Positions 1-22,014 of a stretch of DNA of 64,000 nt are shown here, piece by piece. Every line of letters begins with the position of its first letter. Positions within the stretch are counted from its first letter, which is position 1. Location: NCBI RefSeq assembly GCF_006345805.1, contig NW_021832226.1, positions 248,001 through 312,000 of the forward strand, given 5' to 3'. Position numbers and translations under genes: made by a program. The DNA comes from Octopus sinensis (lineage: Eukaryota). Under the pieces are notes generated by a model. It had not been told where the DNA came from, searched no databases, and worked only from the letters and a program-made list of their open reading frames with translations.

Positions 1-5
1 TAGAC

Positions 6-926
6 CAGTGGTTCTCAAGAATTTTGAGCCAGGGGCCGCAAAAATCAAATTTTTTATTTATAGGGGGCGCACATTTTTTTGTCAACTTAATGAAGATAAG
101 ATATTTGTTATTTTAGGTTGAACTGAAGAAAATACATATGATTTTTGTTTTACTGTGTACATGCAATTTAGAGTTGCGTCCTATTGCCGCACATTTGTTA
201 TATCAATAAATGAAAGAATTTATAAACTACTTTGTCATATTTTCAAAATCTGGTACGATATTAGATGTTAAAATCCGCAACATCTGATCTAGATGGATAT
301 CCGTTAGTTCATTGCGGTATTATTTCCTAATTTTAGTATTTTAGTATCGTTACTTAGAGGTAACTTGTGTGCAATATCGAAAACAGCGGGCGAACAACAT
401 TCCGATGCAAATATTTCGATTGCCGTTTTATATAATTCGCCATCAGAATAAGGCTTCATATTTTTAGCCAATAGGTAACTAATTTTGTATGATGCCAGGT
501 TAATATTAGACGAATATGTCCCACTTTTGAAAGTGGATGATCGCTTTAAATAATCTTCTTTCATTTGTTTTAGTTTTTTCGTCCTAGGAACACCAGTGAA
601 TTTGTCATAAAGAATAGAGTGGGAACAATAGTGCCGTTCGATTGTATACATTTTTAAAGTTACAATAATAGAATTGCATATTAGGCAAAAAGCCTTTCCA
701 TTGATCTCAATAATGAAATATTTTTCTTCCCAGATGAGTTTAAAAATCCTATTTTCCTTGGAAATTTTTTGAAAACGTTTAGAATTCGACATCACAACAA
801 CAAATAAAAAACGTGACAAAAATAAAATATTTATAGAAACACAAGCCCCTCAATTAAATCCTAGGGGCCGCAAATTAAATCCTAGAGGCCACATGCGGCC
901 CCAGGGGCAGCACTTGAGAATCACTG
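6..926 (-). mobile_element. Non-autonomous hAT (Buster/SPIN/GTF2IRD2-like) element nested in another hAT
   Basis: TIRs cagtggttctcaag (6) and cttgagaatcactg (ends 926). Right flank ttctagac; left flank tagac is cut by the window edge, consistent with an 8-bp TSD. ORF 304-819(-) has the GTF2IRD2-type N-terminus (AFCLIC..ERHY). Confidence 0.85.
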
Positions 927-934
927 TTCTAGAC

Positions 935-1432
935 TCTAGAATATATACCAGAAATTATGAAGTAGATCTTGAGCTTTTTGTCAATCCTTTTTCCGTAAAA
1001 GTTTATGATTTACCTTCAAATATTCAAGAAGAATTTATTGAGTTAATAAATTTTTACGAGTAAAAAATCTTATTTGAATCTGCACCATTAATTAAATTTT
1101 GGTGTAAAATGATATCAAAATATCACAACATTGGATTTTATATAATCGATTTTTTGCTTCTGTTTCCGGCTACATATCTCTGCGAACAAGTATTTTCATC
1201 GTTTTTTAGTTTAAAATCAGTTCATGATGCGAGGCTGAATGTTGTTGATAATATTCAGTTGTGTCTTTCGTCAAAGGATCCAGAAATCGATAGATTAGTA
1301 GTTGAAAAACACCACCATCCATCTCATTAATTGAATAATTTTGTTCTTAATTTTTTAAAAATCGATAAGGGTTACGCGAAAAATTATTTAGATGGCAAAA
1401 GGTACGCAAGGAAAAAAAGTTCAAGAACCACT
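935..1432 (+). mobile_element. hAT transposase C-terminal remnant with right end
   Basis: ORF 1109-1330 FPATYLCEQVFS..HHHPSH matches the hAT dimerisation-domain end; terminal gttcaagaaccact at ~1419-1432. Confidence 0.75.
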
Positions 1433-1835
1433 TTTCTAGAGCATGTGGTACTTGATCGCAGAGATAACGATTTTTTCGGGAGGGTAAATGTTTCGTTTGG
1501 GATGCCACCTGTGCTATTTTTTTGAAAACTTAATCTGGTTGACTTTTCCTGCATTCCCTGGACCATTCCTGAGTTTGTCGAGAATTCGGAAATCGTACAA
1601 TTTTTTTCCATTAATGAAAATTTCTGAATGACACATAATACGGGAGAGACCAGCAATGTTTTCGGTGTGAAGGTATGCAAATTCTTCTCTTTTTTGGGTT
1701 CTCTCATCTCAAAAAAAGTGTGTGACCCTAGAGAGTCCAGCTGGCTGTCCCTGTATGTTTGTTAGGCAACTGTACTCCGGAATTACATTGCAATTTAACT
1801 GATTGCAAAATGTTAAAAAATTACATTATCTGTCA

Positions 1836-2112
1836 CAGGTAAGAGACGGAACCACGCCGGAGGCGAAACCTGGAGGCGGAATTTTTCAAATTGTTTTTAA
1901 AATTAAAATTATACACTAAAATATTTATTAAAACACTCAAATATACATTTTTTGCTCAAATTTATTTCACTTTTTCCCCAAGTGAAAAACTAACCCTAAC
2001 GCTAACCTTAACCGTAACCCTAACTCTAACCCTAAATGATTTTCCAATGAAAATTAAATCAAAAAATTATTGTTTATTAAAAATTCCGCCTCCAGGTTCC
2101 GCCTCTTACCTG
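1836..2112. mobile_element. MITE with internal telomere-like (TAACCC)n tract
   Basis: TIR caggtaagag/ctcttacctg; subterminal inverted repeat aacctggaggcggaatttt; tca on both flanks (possible 3-bp TSD); degenerate TAACCC repeats at 1990-2036. Confidence 0.7.
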
Positions 2113-2179
2113 TCACATTATCATTTTCATTCTCTAAAATTATCTTTTTTTATAAAAATAACTGATCAAGTATTTAATT

Positions 2180-2390
2180 AGTAGCAAAGGATAAGATGGA
2201 ATGGCAATTCCCACGCAAGATGGCTATTGATATGCGTTGGAAAAGCCATCTCCGTTCCCGATAATCATTTCTCCTTCTGCTTGCCAGGTCCCCAGTTTAA
2301 TAAGGAATTTTTTAGTTCTGGGACCGAGGACTCCCGACGTTTCCACTGCGATCGGGGCAAAGATATGACGGTGAAAAAGATATTTTTTGA
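2180..2390 (-). mobile_element. CRE-clade non-LTR retrotransposon 3' (RLE) fragment
   Basis: Minus strand reads ETSGVLGPRTKKFL..WLFQRISIAILRGNCHSI with a frameshift, like the other CRE copies in this window. Confidence 0.7.
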
Positions 2391-3027
2391 GAATGAAAAA
2401 AAATTATCACTTTTAATGTTATCTAAACATGTAATTGATCGATAAGCAAGGTATTACGTATGTACTGAAAAAACCGATTAATTTTTTTAGAAAATCAATA
2501 AAAATCTTTATCAAGGACTTTGTTTGGAGGAGTATTATTTTTAGTTAATCAATGGTACTATTGTCTGAAAAACGCTCATTTGTGGTCGCATATGCCTAGA
2601 CTCATTTAATTAATTTATTAAATACAAAAGCGATGAAACAAATGATTTTATAACGACCATTATATGCATTCAGGCACAAGTTAACAAACCGTAGGAAAAT
2701 TGGACAATCCTTTTCTGCTTAATATTTTAAGCTAGTATTTTAGCCGCAGAAAATTGATTAATTGTTATAATTAGGATTATTATTTGAGTATGATCGATTA
2801 GTCTAATTATTAAAGTAGTAATCTTTACTATATAAATTTCCGCAAATTATAAATAGAAAATTTAAAATATATTTAATCGAAAAATTAATTTGATCGACTA
2901 CAATAAAAATATGTACAGGGAATCGATTAAAACTAATAAAAGCTGAGATTCAGTTATTAATCAAAAACAAGCAAATTAATCAGAAATAACGATGCACCAC
3001 CAAATCTCAACCACACACACAAATACA

Positions 3028-4009
3028 CTAGTTGTCATTGGAAACGCCCTTTTTCAGGTCAACGCGTTCCAAACTTTCGCCCAATTCATCAACAGATTTT
3101 CGATCTCTCTCCTTTTCAAGTTCCAACTCTAACAATACTAACCCAACATCAAAACCGTAAGACTTTTTCCTCTCTTCAAGAACAGAAATGTCACAGCCTC
3201 GCCTGAAATTGCCACCAAAATCTGCTCCTTTTTGAAATCTTCCACATAAATTTTGATCTCTTCCCTTCTGGAATCTTGAGTATCCCCGGTCTTTGTCGAC
3301 TTCATCTCTCCTATACCCGTAAGAGTATCGGTCAAAATTCCTTCTTTGTTCATTATCTCCATAGCTATTCTTCTGAGACCGCCAGCCTGCATTGGAAAAC
3401 TGGCGTGGAAAATCACGATTGTTGTTGGAATATTTTCTATTAGTATTGGACTGATCCTGATAGTTCCCATAAGCGTTTTTGTAAGATCTTCTGGGCTGAT
3501 TGTAACCCTGATTTTGATAGCGGCCGCCGTCGTATTGTCGTTGCTGTTCTTCGCGGTTTCGAGAGAATTTTTGTTCAATTTTTAGATGGCGTTCATCAAA
3601 TGTCTAAAAATTCCATTAAATATAAATTTCTAACACATCCGTCGAATTCAAGAGCTTTCTTCAGACACTCTTCGCTGCTCAAATTTACGAATGCTCGACC
3701 TTGATAAAATCGTTAAGAAAAAGTAAAAAATACCTGTAAATCTTCCATCATCCGGGTTATTTACAAGTTTTATACTTCTTATCTAAAAATAGTCTAGTTG
3801 GACCAGAATTATACCATACAGCCATCAAGAATGTCATGAATATCCTTATCTATGGTATCGGAAGGAAGTTCGGATATTACAATACGGAATTTATCCTCGT
3901 CATAGTTTCTTAAACCACCAAAGTTTCTCGATTCACTAAATTTTTATAATTATGTAATTTAAGTAGTGATTTTAGTATTTTAGTAAAAAATTCAAACCAC
4001 CCACCTCAT
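3028..4009 (-). CDS. eIF4H/eIF4B-like RRM protein (multi-exon)
   Basis: Spliced model: FRIVISELPSDTIDKDIHDILDGCM|IRSIKLVNNPDDGRFT|GRAFVNLSSEECLKKALEFDGC|TFDERHLKIEQK, then an R/G/N/Y-rich tail. Resembles the eIF4H RRM (IRSVRLVRD..KGFCYVEF..LKEALTYDG). The ORF track shows the wrong frames; the start codon is tentative. Confidence 0.7.
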
Positions 4010-5379
4010 CAAAATTATACAAAACTTCACGATAATGAATAAGTTATTAAATAGGGTTTACCAACAAATAAATAATAAATTAAAATCATATTAAATAAAT
4101 AAAAAAATACTAATAATTTTTCTTTTAAATTATACATCAACAGATTTAAAAAACCAATAATTAAAAAATTTTGATAGGGATATATCATAAGTAACTACTG
4201 GAAATTTTTAAATTTAGGGTAAGAAAAAACAAGTTGAAATATTTAATAAATGCCGGGGAGTTGCAACCACTCTTGGAAGCCAAACGACCTCAACTGAAGC
4301 TAGTTCAAGTGGATACCTCAGTTTTATTTCATTTTGCTATATACGGAATTACAAAAATATTAGTCAACATCGGTAAATTGTACGTTTGAATTCGCCAGAA
4401 AGCTTAAGTTTGTCCTTTAAATAGGAAAAATCGATGGGATTTCTATAGGCTATAAAGGAGTTTCGGCAGGATCAAGAATCCTTTAGCAAAGAAAGATTTT
4501 TGGAGAACACGAAGTAATTTTTCTAAAGAAAAAAGTTTTAAGTTTTTTTATCAGGGTTTCGCGAAAATATAAGTTTATTAGCACATGTTGTGGGAAAGCC
4601 TGGGAAAAAGGATTCTTCTGTCGCCAGAAAAATTTTTCGGGGATAAAGGGTACAGTAAGAAACTCAAGGAAATCGTTCTGTTCGTGACAATTTTTTATTA
4701 TAATGAAAGTTTTATGTAAAGTTGTAGTGGTCATAGAGTTGTTAAAAATGAAGTGAACTGAAAAATCTCCAAAATCAATAAAAAAAATTTTAAATGTGAA
4801 AAATTACGAAATTTTTGTATAGTATGAATTGTCTGCTTTTATAGAACTTATCAATAAATTTACGTGACAGTTGCTGTGGTGTTGTGCATGAGAAGAAATT
4901 GAATCCCATGGGCCTTCTTGCATAATCAAATAATAAAAACAGTATAGTGGATGCAGGAATACTGTCTCTGTAGCTATATAATGTCACAAGGGCTAGTATC
5001 AATAGTGATCCTACAGTTCGAAGTCGCTAACCCAACTAACTTTTACTTCCCCTCCGACATTATTGAAGTCAATTGTGTCTCCTAGACTGAATGGGTCTCA
5101 GATTTTTCATGCCCCAAAATAAAGATTTTGGAGAATACCTCGAGGTGGAATCCTTAGTTTAAAGTTCAACACAACATTTTCGAAGAGTACGAGCCTTAGT
5201 TGACTGAAAAATATGATCTAACCAATAGATGGAAACATTAATGAAGGTGGTCGATGTAAAAGGAAGCAAAGCCCCATAAGGAAGAAAGTAGAAATTTCCT
5301 ATTTCCGAAAGTGCTTAGAAAAGCTTAATTTTCAAATTAAGGAAATTAAATCAATCTCCAGAGAGGCCCGCAAGCCTAC

Positions 5380-6930
5380 CCAGAAAGTTCCAATGAAGTA
5401 TGTCAAAGCCGATATTTTATCGAGATTAAATTATGAGATATATTATATCACAAAAGACAACCCTCCTCACGATATCAATGTTATCTGTGATATTTTGTAC
5501 GACTATTTAACTTTAAATAAGTTAAGCCACAGATCACATAGTTGGGGAATGCCCAAAATTATCTGCTCTATGACATTAGTTTTGATGTTTCCGACTGTTT
5601 TTCCAAATTAACATCTATTTTATTCGAACCAATGTTCAGTTCTGTAAGAACGAAAACGGAAGCTGTAATATGTAATGCAATTTTTCCATTGGCCAAAGAA
5701 GATTTGGCAATTAAATTAATGACGGTCTGTTTTGTATCGATTACAATTAGCACGTCAAATAAAAAAATGTTAAACTTATGTTAATTGTCGTCAGATATTT
5801 TTGCCAGAGATGGAGTGAAGGTTAAATTTATTGCTCATGTGTGTCGTATTTGGAATTGTGGAAAAAAATTATAGCGGAAGAGAATGCTTTCTTTGGATAC
5901 AAAAAATGATATTGAATGGATTAATGTAGAAGTATCGGCAGAAAAAATTAATAAAGCAATTGGATTCAAAGATATAAATGTCGACGATTTTTTAGATGAA
6001 TTTGGAAGGACTCCCGTAAAGATAATATTTGCTTTGAACTAAACAGAAGAAGATTTACAGAAATTTATCAGGGAAAAATGGAGACGTCATATGCTTTTGG
6101 TGATGAGGAGTCTATGTCGTTTTGGGAAAAAGTCAGGAGCAAAAGGTACGAAACATCCGTGTTACCGAACATTGTTAATTAAAGAACAACCTTCAGTGAA
6201 GATATGCTACCGGATTTCACGAATAGTTACATGATGGAAGTCATTAAATATCTTCCTGATTGGAAGGCATCTGGGTGCGACGGAATATATAATTTCTTCG
6301 TTAAAAGATTGGAATCTTTGCACAGATTCCTATTTGCTGAAATTAACAGAATAATCAATGGGGACTACATGCTCGAAAGCTGGTTTTATACTGGGATAAC
6401 ATACCTAATTCCTAAAAAAATGATTGTGAGACCACAAAAGATTTATGCCCTACAACATGCATGCCGACACTTTAAAGTTAGTTACCAAATATGTTGATGG
6501 AAAACTGTCTGAGTTCGAGGATGCATTTGGGTTGATTTCCGACAATTAACTTGGTATGAGGAAATAGTATCAGGGTGCTAAAGAGCAGATTTTTATTAAC
6601 CAGTGCTTAAATAAAGAGTATGGAAATAGGTTACAAAGCTCCATATTGATGGAAAAAGAATTAATTCTATAAAACTGGGCCGAGAAATTCTATGAGGAAA
6701 CTCATTGTCCCCGCAACTATTTGTAATGATAATGGACCCTCTAAGGAGGATCCTTAATCTCATGTTTCCAAAGTCCAGATTAGTCAGGAGGACCCAAATA
6801 TGTTGTCTTATACTACGAATCATTTGTTCTATGGAACATATAACAATTTTGTCCGGCAGAAAGATAGAGAACAAGGGACTAGCAGCAAATTCTCCCCCTA
6901 AAAAAAGAATGATTTTTAACAATAAGGAGT
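5380..6930 (+). mobile_element. Degenerate RLE-type (R4/R2-like) non-LTR reverse transcriptase
   Basis: Broken frames with LPDWKASGCDGIYNFFVK, WFYTGITYLIPK, GAKEQILIN and SPQLFVMIMDPLRRILN. Confidence 0.8.
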
Positions 6931-7224
6931 GAAAGCCTTGATTAAATAGTGAAATTTTGGAAATTAGTTTGATTTTTATTTCAAATAGATTTCAATAAAT
7001 TTAGTTTTTCTTTTTGTTTTATGAAATTATTTTTGATATGTAATTTACAACACACAAATGAAATTTAAATTTTTACAGGCCGGAGTACATTTGGTAAATT
7101 TTAAGGATTGCAATAAATATGTACTACATTATCACAGTAAAATGAATTGATTGAACTAATTCAAAAACGATTTTTTAATTTGATTAATTAAAACAAAAGC
7201 AAATATATATTGTGAAAATATAAA

Positions 7225-8325
7225 CTAGTGTCGAATTCCTCGTTTATTCCAATGAAGACATTGTCCTAAACCTGCAAAGAATTCAGTATCAGGATCAAAA
7301 GTAACACATGGAATCGGATACTTTGATTTACACACAACAATCCTAAAAAATATAATAAAAAGCTACTTTTGACCATGAGAGACATCCCAAGCAGCCACTC
7401 CATCAATAGAAACCTGAGCATTCTCAATCGGTTCAAGCTATCGCAATAAATTCAAACACAAACTATAATTTTGGAGTATAAAGGGACAATTAATGGACGA
7501 AAAGACAGAGAATGAGAACAAATTGGGCATATGACCATCCCCGACACTTCAGGATGAAGTAAAGACGAGCCTGCAGCCGCTGCATAAGCTGTACTGCCAG
7601 TGGAAGTCGATATGATGACACCTAAGAATAACTAAGAAATAAAAACCATCCCCTTCGACGGTTGTTAAAAGAAAGTCGTCAATATAAATATTAATTCGAC
7701 AAATTCTCATAAACTTATCAGCCATTCTGATAGCCACAATGTCATTCATTGCCTTTGTGGTCAACCACAAAAAACTGTTGAAATTGTAGGATTGTCGCCG
7801 TCCTGGTTAATTTCAGAATTGTCTGCCTTGATTATTTTGCAACAAATTCTTTCACGGTTGAGTATTTTATATTTACCTACAATTAAACATCCAATTTAAT
7901 AATTTAACCGTCAATAACTTTTTCTAAAATATTTTTATAGTCAACAAATGAATGTGGAGTCAGAAAACCCATCGTCCCCAAATTGAAGGAAATTGTCAAA
8001 GGCATAGAATGAGGAAAAAGTGAAGAAGCGTGCATTAGAGTTCCATCTCCACCAAGAGTTACAACAAGATCAACAATATTGTCTAATATAAAAAGAGACT
8101 TAAAACTACCACTGTTAAAAGTCTTTACATTTCCATTCATTGCAAAATTATCAGTCTGACTAATTGCTATTTGTTCGGTATAAACAGTTACATTTTTGTG
8201 CTATAATATTTGAAAAGGATGTATTTTACGTTGACGAGCCAGGATACAATATCACAAAATTCGTTTACTAATTCACAATCGTTAATCTTTTTGACGACTA
8301 GAACTCTAGAGAAACGGGACAACAT
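7225..8325 (-). CDS. NADK: NAD kinase
   Basis: [13 protein letters not shown]..; [20 protein letters not shown]; FNLGTMGFL; C-terminus QCLHWNKR; short GT-AG introns. Confidence 0.9.
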
Positions 8326-9056
8326 AACGAAATGTTATCAAATTTTAAATCAATTTAGAATATTCTTTAAATTGAAACAAAATAATTAAAATAACATTCA
8401 AAAGTCATTAAATATTTCAATAAGAACGTTTTATTGGGAAATTTATACAATTTTTCAAAAATTCTGAACAAAAAATTTAGGAACGACTGTGCTTGCTAGC
8501 CGAGCTCATTCAGATACACCCCAGGAACTATAGCAGAAGAATAAATTGTGTGTCAAAGATGTATGTATAGTCATTTACTTAATGCCATTTCAGATAAGAT
8601 TGAAATGACTTCCAAGTCTTTTTTCCGGGGTAGGCATCACTTAGTCTGCTCAGTGGCGAATAGAGTTGCTTAAACAAACCATAAATACTAATTTCAGTGA
8701 GTTTTTTTATTTTCGAGATAATGTTGTGTTACTTTTTTGTATACAGACAGGTATACAGACAAAATAGAATTCTGGAAAGGATAACTTTGCAATAAACAAA
8801 TATGAAGTTTTTTTTGGCCCAGATGAAGATTCCTTTGAAAGCAAATAGATGGTATGACCTTTTCCAGGAAGATATGGAGTAAGTAACCTGGTTTTTTTTT
8901 AATCGTGAGGTCCAAGTGACGGATAGTTCTAGAAATCTCTTAAATGATCATTGGTAATAGACGACAAGTAACTTTTAATGAAACTCTGACGTAAACGGAT
9001 TTGCTCAAAGCAAGTTTTAGTAGTTTAAGCCATTGATTCGTTCTCTTCATCTAAAG

Positions 9057-10335
9057 CAGTGTTTTTTAATCTGGGTTCCGCGCAAAATTTTTGGAGTTCC
9101 GTGAACTTCAAAATATTGTGAATAATTTTTCATCATCTGTTTCCATTATTTATAAAACGGAATTGTTTTAAAAACTTGCAAATAGTGCAATGGCTCCAGC
9201 AAAACTTAAACTTCATCTCTCCTCCAAGCATCCTATAATAAATAAATTCTGAACTTTCTAAGACAAAAAAGAATATTTTATAAGAAAATTGGACCAGAAT
9301 AAAGTTCAAGCATCTAATTTTTCTAAAAGATTTAAAATAACCGAAAAAGTACTGCATTCTAGTTATGCTATGGGTGAGATCGGTGCCAAAAAGATGAAAT
9401 CACAGACTCTTGCGGAAACTGTTATTTGTGCCTACATGCAAAAAAGCAGTGAAGATAATGTTTGGAGAAATTCGCTGCCGCTGAGCTCGATTGAAATTTC
9501 AAATACTTCTGTGAGCAGATGGATCAAGGATGTCTCTGATAATATGGAAAGCAGTTTGGTTCGGCGAATAAAAAAATCAGAATTTTTTGCGCTTCAAGTG
9601 GATAAAAACTCAGATATTACAGAAAGAACCCAACTGCATTGATGATGACAATGACAGGGCATGTTAAAGGCTTTGTTTCTGTTGCGAAAAATAAGAATCC
9701 GGACTTAATTTACGCGCATTGTTTACTTCACCGTGAGACATTGGTCGCACAGGCTAATGGGCATGAACTTAAATATTCTTTGGACATGGTCGTAAAAATT
9801 ATCTATCATATCAAAATTAGGCCGTTGAAATTACGACAGTTCTCGAAACTTTGTAAAAATGCAGAACATTCAGTTTTGATTTTCAAGAATGCATACCTTG
9901 CAGATATTTTTAATCAACTCAATGTTCTCAATAGCAGCATGTAAGGAAGAAATAAAAATCTTATTTATTTCAAATGGCAGAACATTAAAAATGGAATATT
10001 TAAAGCGTAATATTGATTCATTGTCAAAAAAAGAATATCCTATTATAGCCAACAAATCTTTAAGTTTAGTTCAATTTTCAACGACCAATCTCTGTGAAAG
10101 TGAATTTTCTGCTTTAACAAATATAAACCATAAAAACTTACTATATGTAGAACAAGACCTGCGTTTATCCTTGTCAAAGATAAGGCAGAGCTATGCAAGA
10201 GACATCAGCTTTAGCCATCTCACTAATTTTTGTCTTAATATAATACTGATAATTGTTAAAATCATATATGGGTTCTGTAGGTCAAATAAAATTTAGTTAG
10301 GGTGCCGCGGTCTCAAAAAAAATTGGGAACTACTA
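9057..10335 (+). mobile_element. Internally deleted hAT (ZBED5/Buster-like) element
   Basis: Left end cagtgttttt at 9057; right end gggaactacta at 10335; flanks atctaaag/atctagag (7/8 TSD); fragments FFALQVD, HCLLHRETL and FSTTNLCESEFS. Confidence 0.8.
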
Positions 10336-11208
10336 ATCTAGAGAGACAGGCGTGGTTCCGTGATCAGATGGCTGATGCTTATTGTTTTGTGTTTGGTGCA
10401 AAATACAGCTTTTTGTTTGAATATTGAGTATGGTTCAGAGCTGTTTCTTATAAAATTAGTCCAGTCTTTCAATTTCTTTAATGCTTTTTCACCAATTGTG
10501 CAAGTTATATAGGAGGACAAAATAAGCGTTTCAAATAGTCTTAAACACTGTTTTACTAAAACGATTTTGTGATGAGTTTCAGGGTCTTTCTTGAATTCCT
10601 CGACGCACCTAAAGGTAGACAACAAGGGACAAATAATCTTTTTCAGAGTGTTATCATTAGTAAATAGCTTTTCAGTCTGTTTTGTGGCTAATCAGCAAAT
10701 TAGTTTCGCTTCAGAAAGAAGTTTCTTTATTTTCAAGCAATCAAAAAGAAGTTAATAGCCTTTTTAGTGTATTCATCACCAATTCTCTATTGATGCAATC
10801 AAATGCCTTGGTAAGGATAATTCCTACGACCTCTGCGTATTTTTGGCATGGAACTGCATATCAGAGACAAATTCATACTAAATCCGAAGCTACTGTGACA
10901 ATGCGGTGAAAATTCTACCTTATCCTGAAAAACATAAAAGCGATCTTGTATTATGTACGAATATATAAAAAATTGTTTTATTACAATCCTCATCTCTAAT
11001 TTATTGGATAAAAAATATCAAATTAAAGAAAACTTATTTAAAATATTGGGACCTCGACGGAAAATTAAAAGCTTTTCGCTATAATCCATAGGGCAACAAG
11101 CTGCTATCCATGAAATATTAGTGCGCTACTATCCACGAATCATGAAAGATCAGGATACAAAACAAGAACTGAATAATCGAAAAATCAAAAAAGTAAAGTG
11201 GCCGTAAA

Positions 11209-19357
<8,149 letters not shown>

Positions 19358-20824
19358 CTAAAATTTAGAAAATATTTTTTTAATTCTTTAATATAGTTAG
19401 TATTAATCATTAATTAATAAGAATATGAAAATAGTGAATACACAACACAAATAAACCAGAAACACGGCGAACTTAAATACTATCTAATTATAATTTTATT
19501 ACATATATTTTTATAGTAATATTAAAAATTAACTTAAATGTTTGTTAGAGAGATTTAAAATTGAATAATTGTTAAAAAATTAATTTTTAAATACTTTTGC
19601 TTCCGTATCTAAAAGTAAAAGATGAATCTAGCCACCAAAACAAGGAGTCAAAAAAATTAAAAATCTTAGGGAAAAAGAGGGAGATAATATAACGTACCCA
19701 GAGAATACGAGATAATGTCTGACGGCGAGAACCCACACGAGTGACCGGCCTTCTCGAAATGTGAAAATTGTCTTCACGTTCTGTCTCTCGCCATCACTTT
19801 CGTCAAAACCGGCCGTTCGAGGATTGAGGGGACTTCGAGGGAAACGACATCATTTAGTGTCCCTTATCAGCAAGAAAGAGGGCACATTAAAGAGAATGGC
19901 TGCAAAAAATCGAGAAGTGGAATCGAGATAGTGGAGTTCAATAGCTCCAACCCGCATCAGGAGTTTTCCCTACCTCCAGTCAATTTCAACAAAGCCCTCA
20001 ATTATAATTGATTTGTTTGATTTCAGAAAACTATTGAGGTTCGATAAAAGATTAATGTACAGGTAGCACTGCAAGCGCAAACTTTATGTAAGAACTTAAG
20101 GACGTGTAGGCTACTCTTCAGCAAAAATGCGTTGTGTGAATTGAGTTGAAGACGACGATCTGTTTCCCGTGGAGTTTTTCGTCCTTGGAGTTTTGGTAAT
20201 ACATAAGTGTCTTGGTTCCAAGAGGATATATTATTTATAAGTGTAGAGTATGAAAGACCATCTTATTTTTGAGATAGGCTATGCACGTTAAGATTAACGC
20301 AATGTAACAAATGCTCTACAGGATCGATGACCAACAAAGTGCCAAAGAAATGTTGTTCATATCGTGTAAATTGGCCTTATGACACCAAGTATTATCTAAG
20401 TGGAAAAATAATTTGAATTCACTGAGGAAAGGTTTCGTTGTTGTTTGTATACTTTTCTTTCAGAACCCCACCATTAAGAATTAATTTTTTAGTTACAGAA
20501 TTGACTATATTGACGTTTTTGATAGTTTTTTAATTAAATAAGAGACTATCTGATTGTTGCAGTGTGTCTTCGTACCTATTTTTCGAGGAAATTGTTTGAC
20601 AATTCACTGCTTTTAAAGGCCCTTAATTCCTTTTTTCTTTTCCAATAACTTTCACCAACATAATTAGTCATACAAAAAATTTAGTAACAAGAAAAGTAAT
20701 CAATCGATTCATTGAATTGTTTTAAATGATGAATACAAATAGATTGTAATAACTAATTACAAATACATGAATTGAGTGTAATTTCATTTGATATAAATCA
20801 TTCGTGCGTTTGTCTATATTAATA

Positions 20825-21408
20825 ATGGGAAATAAACATTCTAAGTTAATATCAGAAAAATAACAAATTAAGAGCTTTTGGAAATTCTATCTCAAAAAAG
20901 GAATTCGAAGATCTTCGCGAAATCCTTGTATCTAAAAACCCAGATAGAAAAATAACTCTTGAATTATTTACTACCATGTACAAAAATATTTTTCCAGCGG
21001 GGAATCCGACAAAGTTCGCAAATTATGTCTTCAATGCTATTGACAAAAACAAAGATGGAAAAATCGACTTTTCTGAATTTATTATAGCAGTACATATTTT
21101 AAAATCTGCAGATAATGAAATGAAATTAAAATGGATTTATGTACTCTGTGACATCGATTGTGATGGTAATGTTTCAAAAAATGAATTAATAAATATTTTT
21201 CAGGTAGTAACTTATACTGACTTTTTTCAAGGCTATTGACGAAATGATTGGCAATAATTGTGAAAATAAACCAAATAACCATGCTAATAATCTTTTTGTT
21301 AAATGCGATTTGGATAAAAACGGTGTTATATCAGTAGACGAATTTGTTGAAAATGCTAAAAACGATTCTTCCGTTGCTGAACTTCTCAAATTTTGTCCTA
21401 AATTTTAA
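20825..21408 (+). CDS. Neuronal calcium sensor family EF-hand protein, copy 1
   Basis: MGNKHS myristoylation-type start; FPAGNPTKFANYVFNAIDKNKDGKIDFSE; two 28-nt introns. Confidence 0.85.
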
Positions 21409-22014
21409 AATTTAATATTCTAATAACACATATTTTAACATTTCAAAATAACTAACATAAATTTAAAAACTCTTGTTTTTCAAGCCCCCTTTTAATTTCT
21501 TAAAGACTCAAAATCTACCGAATTATTCTGGAAATGTAAGATGTTTAAAATAAAATTGATTGCAGTTAGTTAGTCAAATTCTATTGCCTATTATTTGTCA
21601 ACACGATTTTTTAATTAAGTTTTAATCAAAGGAAATTCAATATCAAATAAATTATAAAACTCTAGATAAGTAAGGATAAATCACTATTTTCATATATTTT
21701 GTGTATAATCATTCCGGACCAGTAAAGACTTTAATCTACAAATATGTCAAAAATTAACATTTAGTATGGCAGTAGTTTTTATTATCATAAAAATCAATAA
21801 TAAATATGTAAAGTAACGTTAGACCTAATTCTTGTTTTTATAAATACATTAAAAACAAAGTCGCGAACATTTATAAACTAACAATTAATTAATCAATTTT
21901 TCAAAATCATTTTTAAATGATCAATACAACTTGATCGAAATAACTAATTAAAATTATATGAATTAAATTTAATTTTCCCTAGTATTTAATCATTTGTGCG
22001 TCTTTGTATTTGCT

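Noticed and set aside
3138-3585. ORF-track proteins of 146 aa and 79 aa
   Set aside because: Wrong frames; the real product is the spliced eIF4H-like RRM protein.
10700-10900. RT motif LTKAFDCINREL on minus
   Set aside because: Probably a LINE remnant, but too short and broken to delimit or classify.
19828-19836. RNase MRP CR-I-like GAAGUCCCC on minus
   Set aside because: No matching CR-V GGGGCU partner found downstream.
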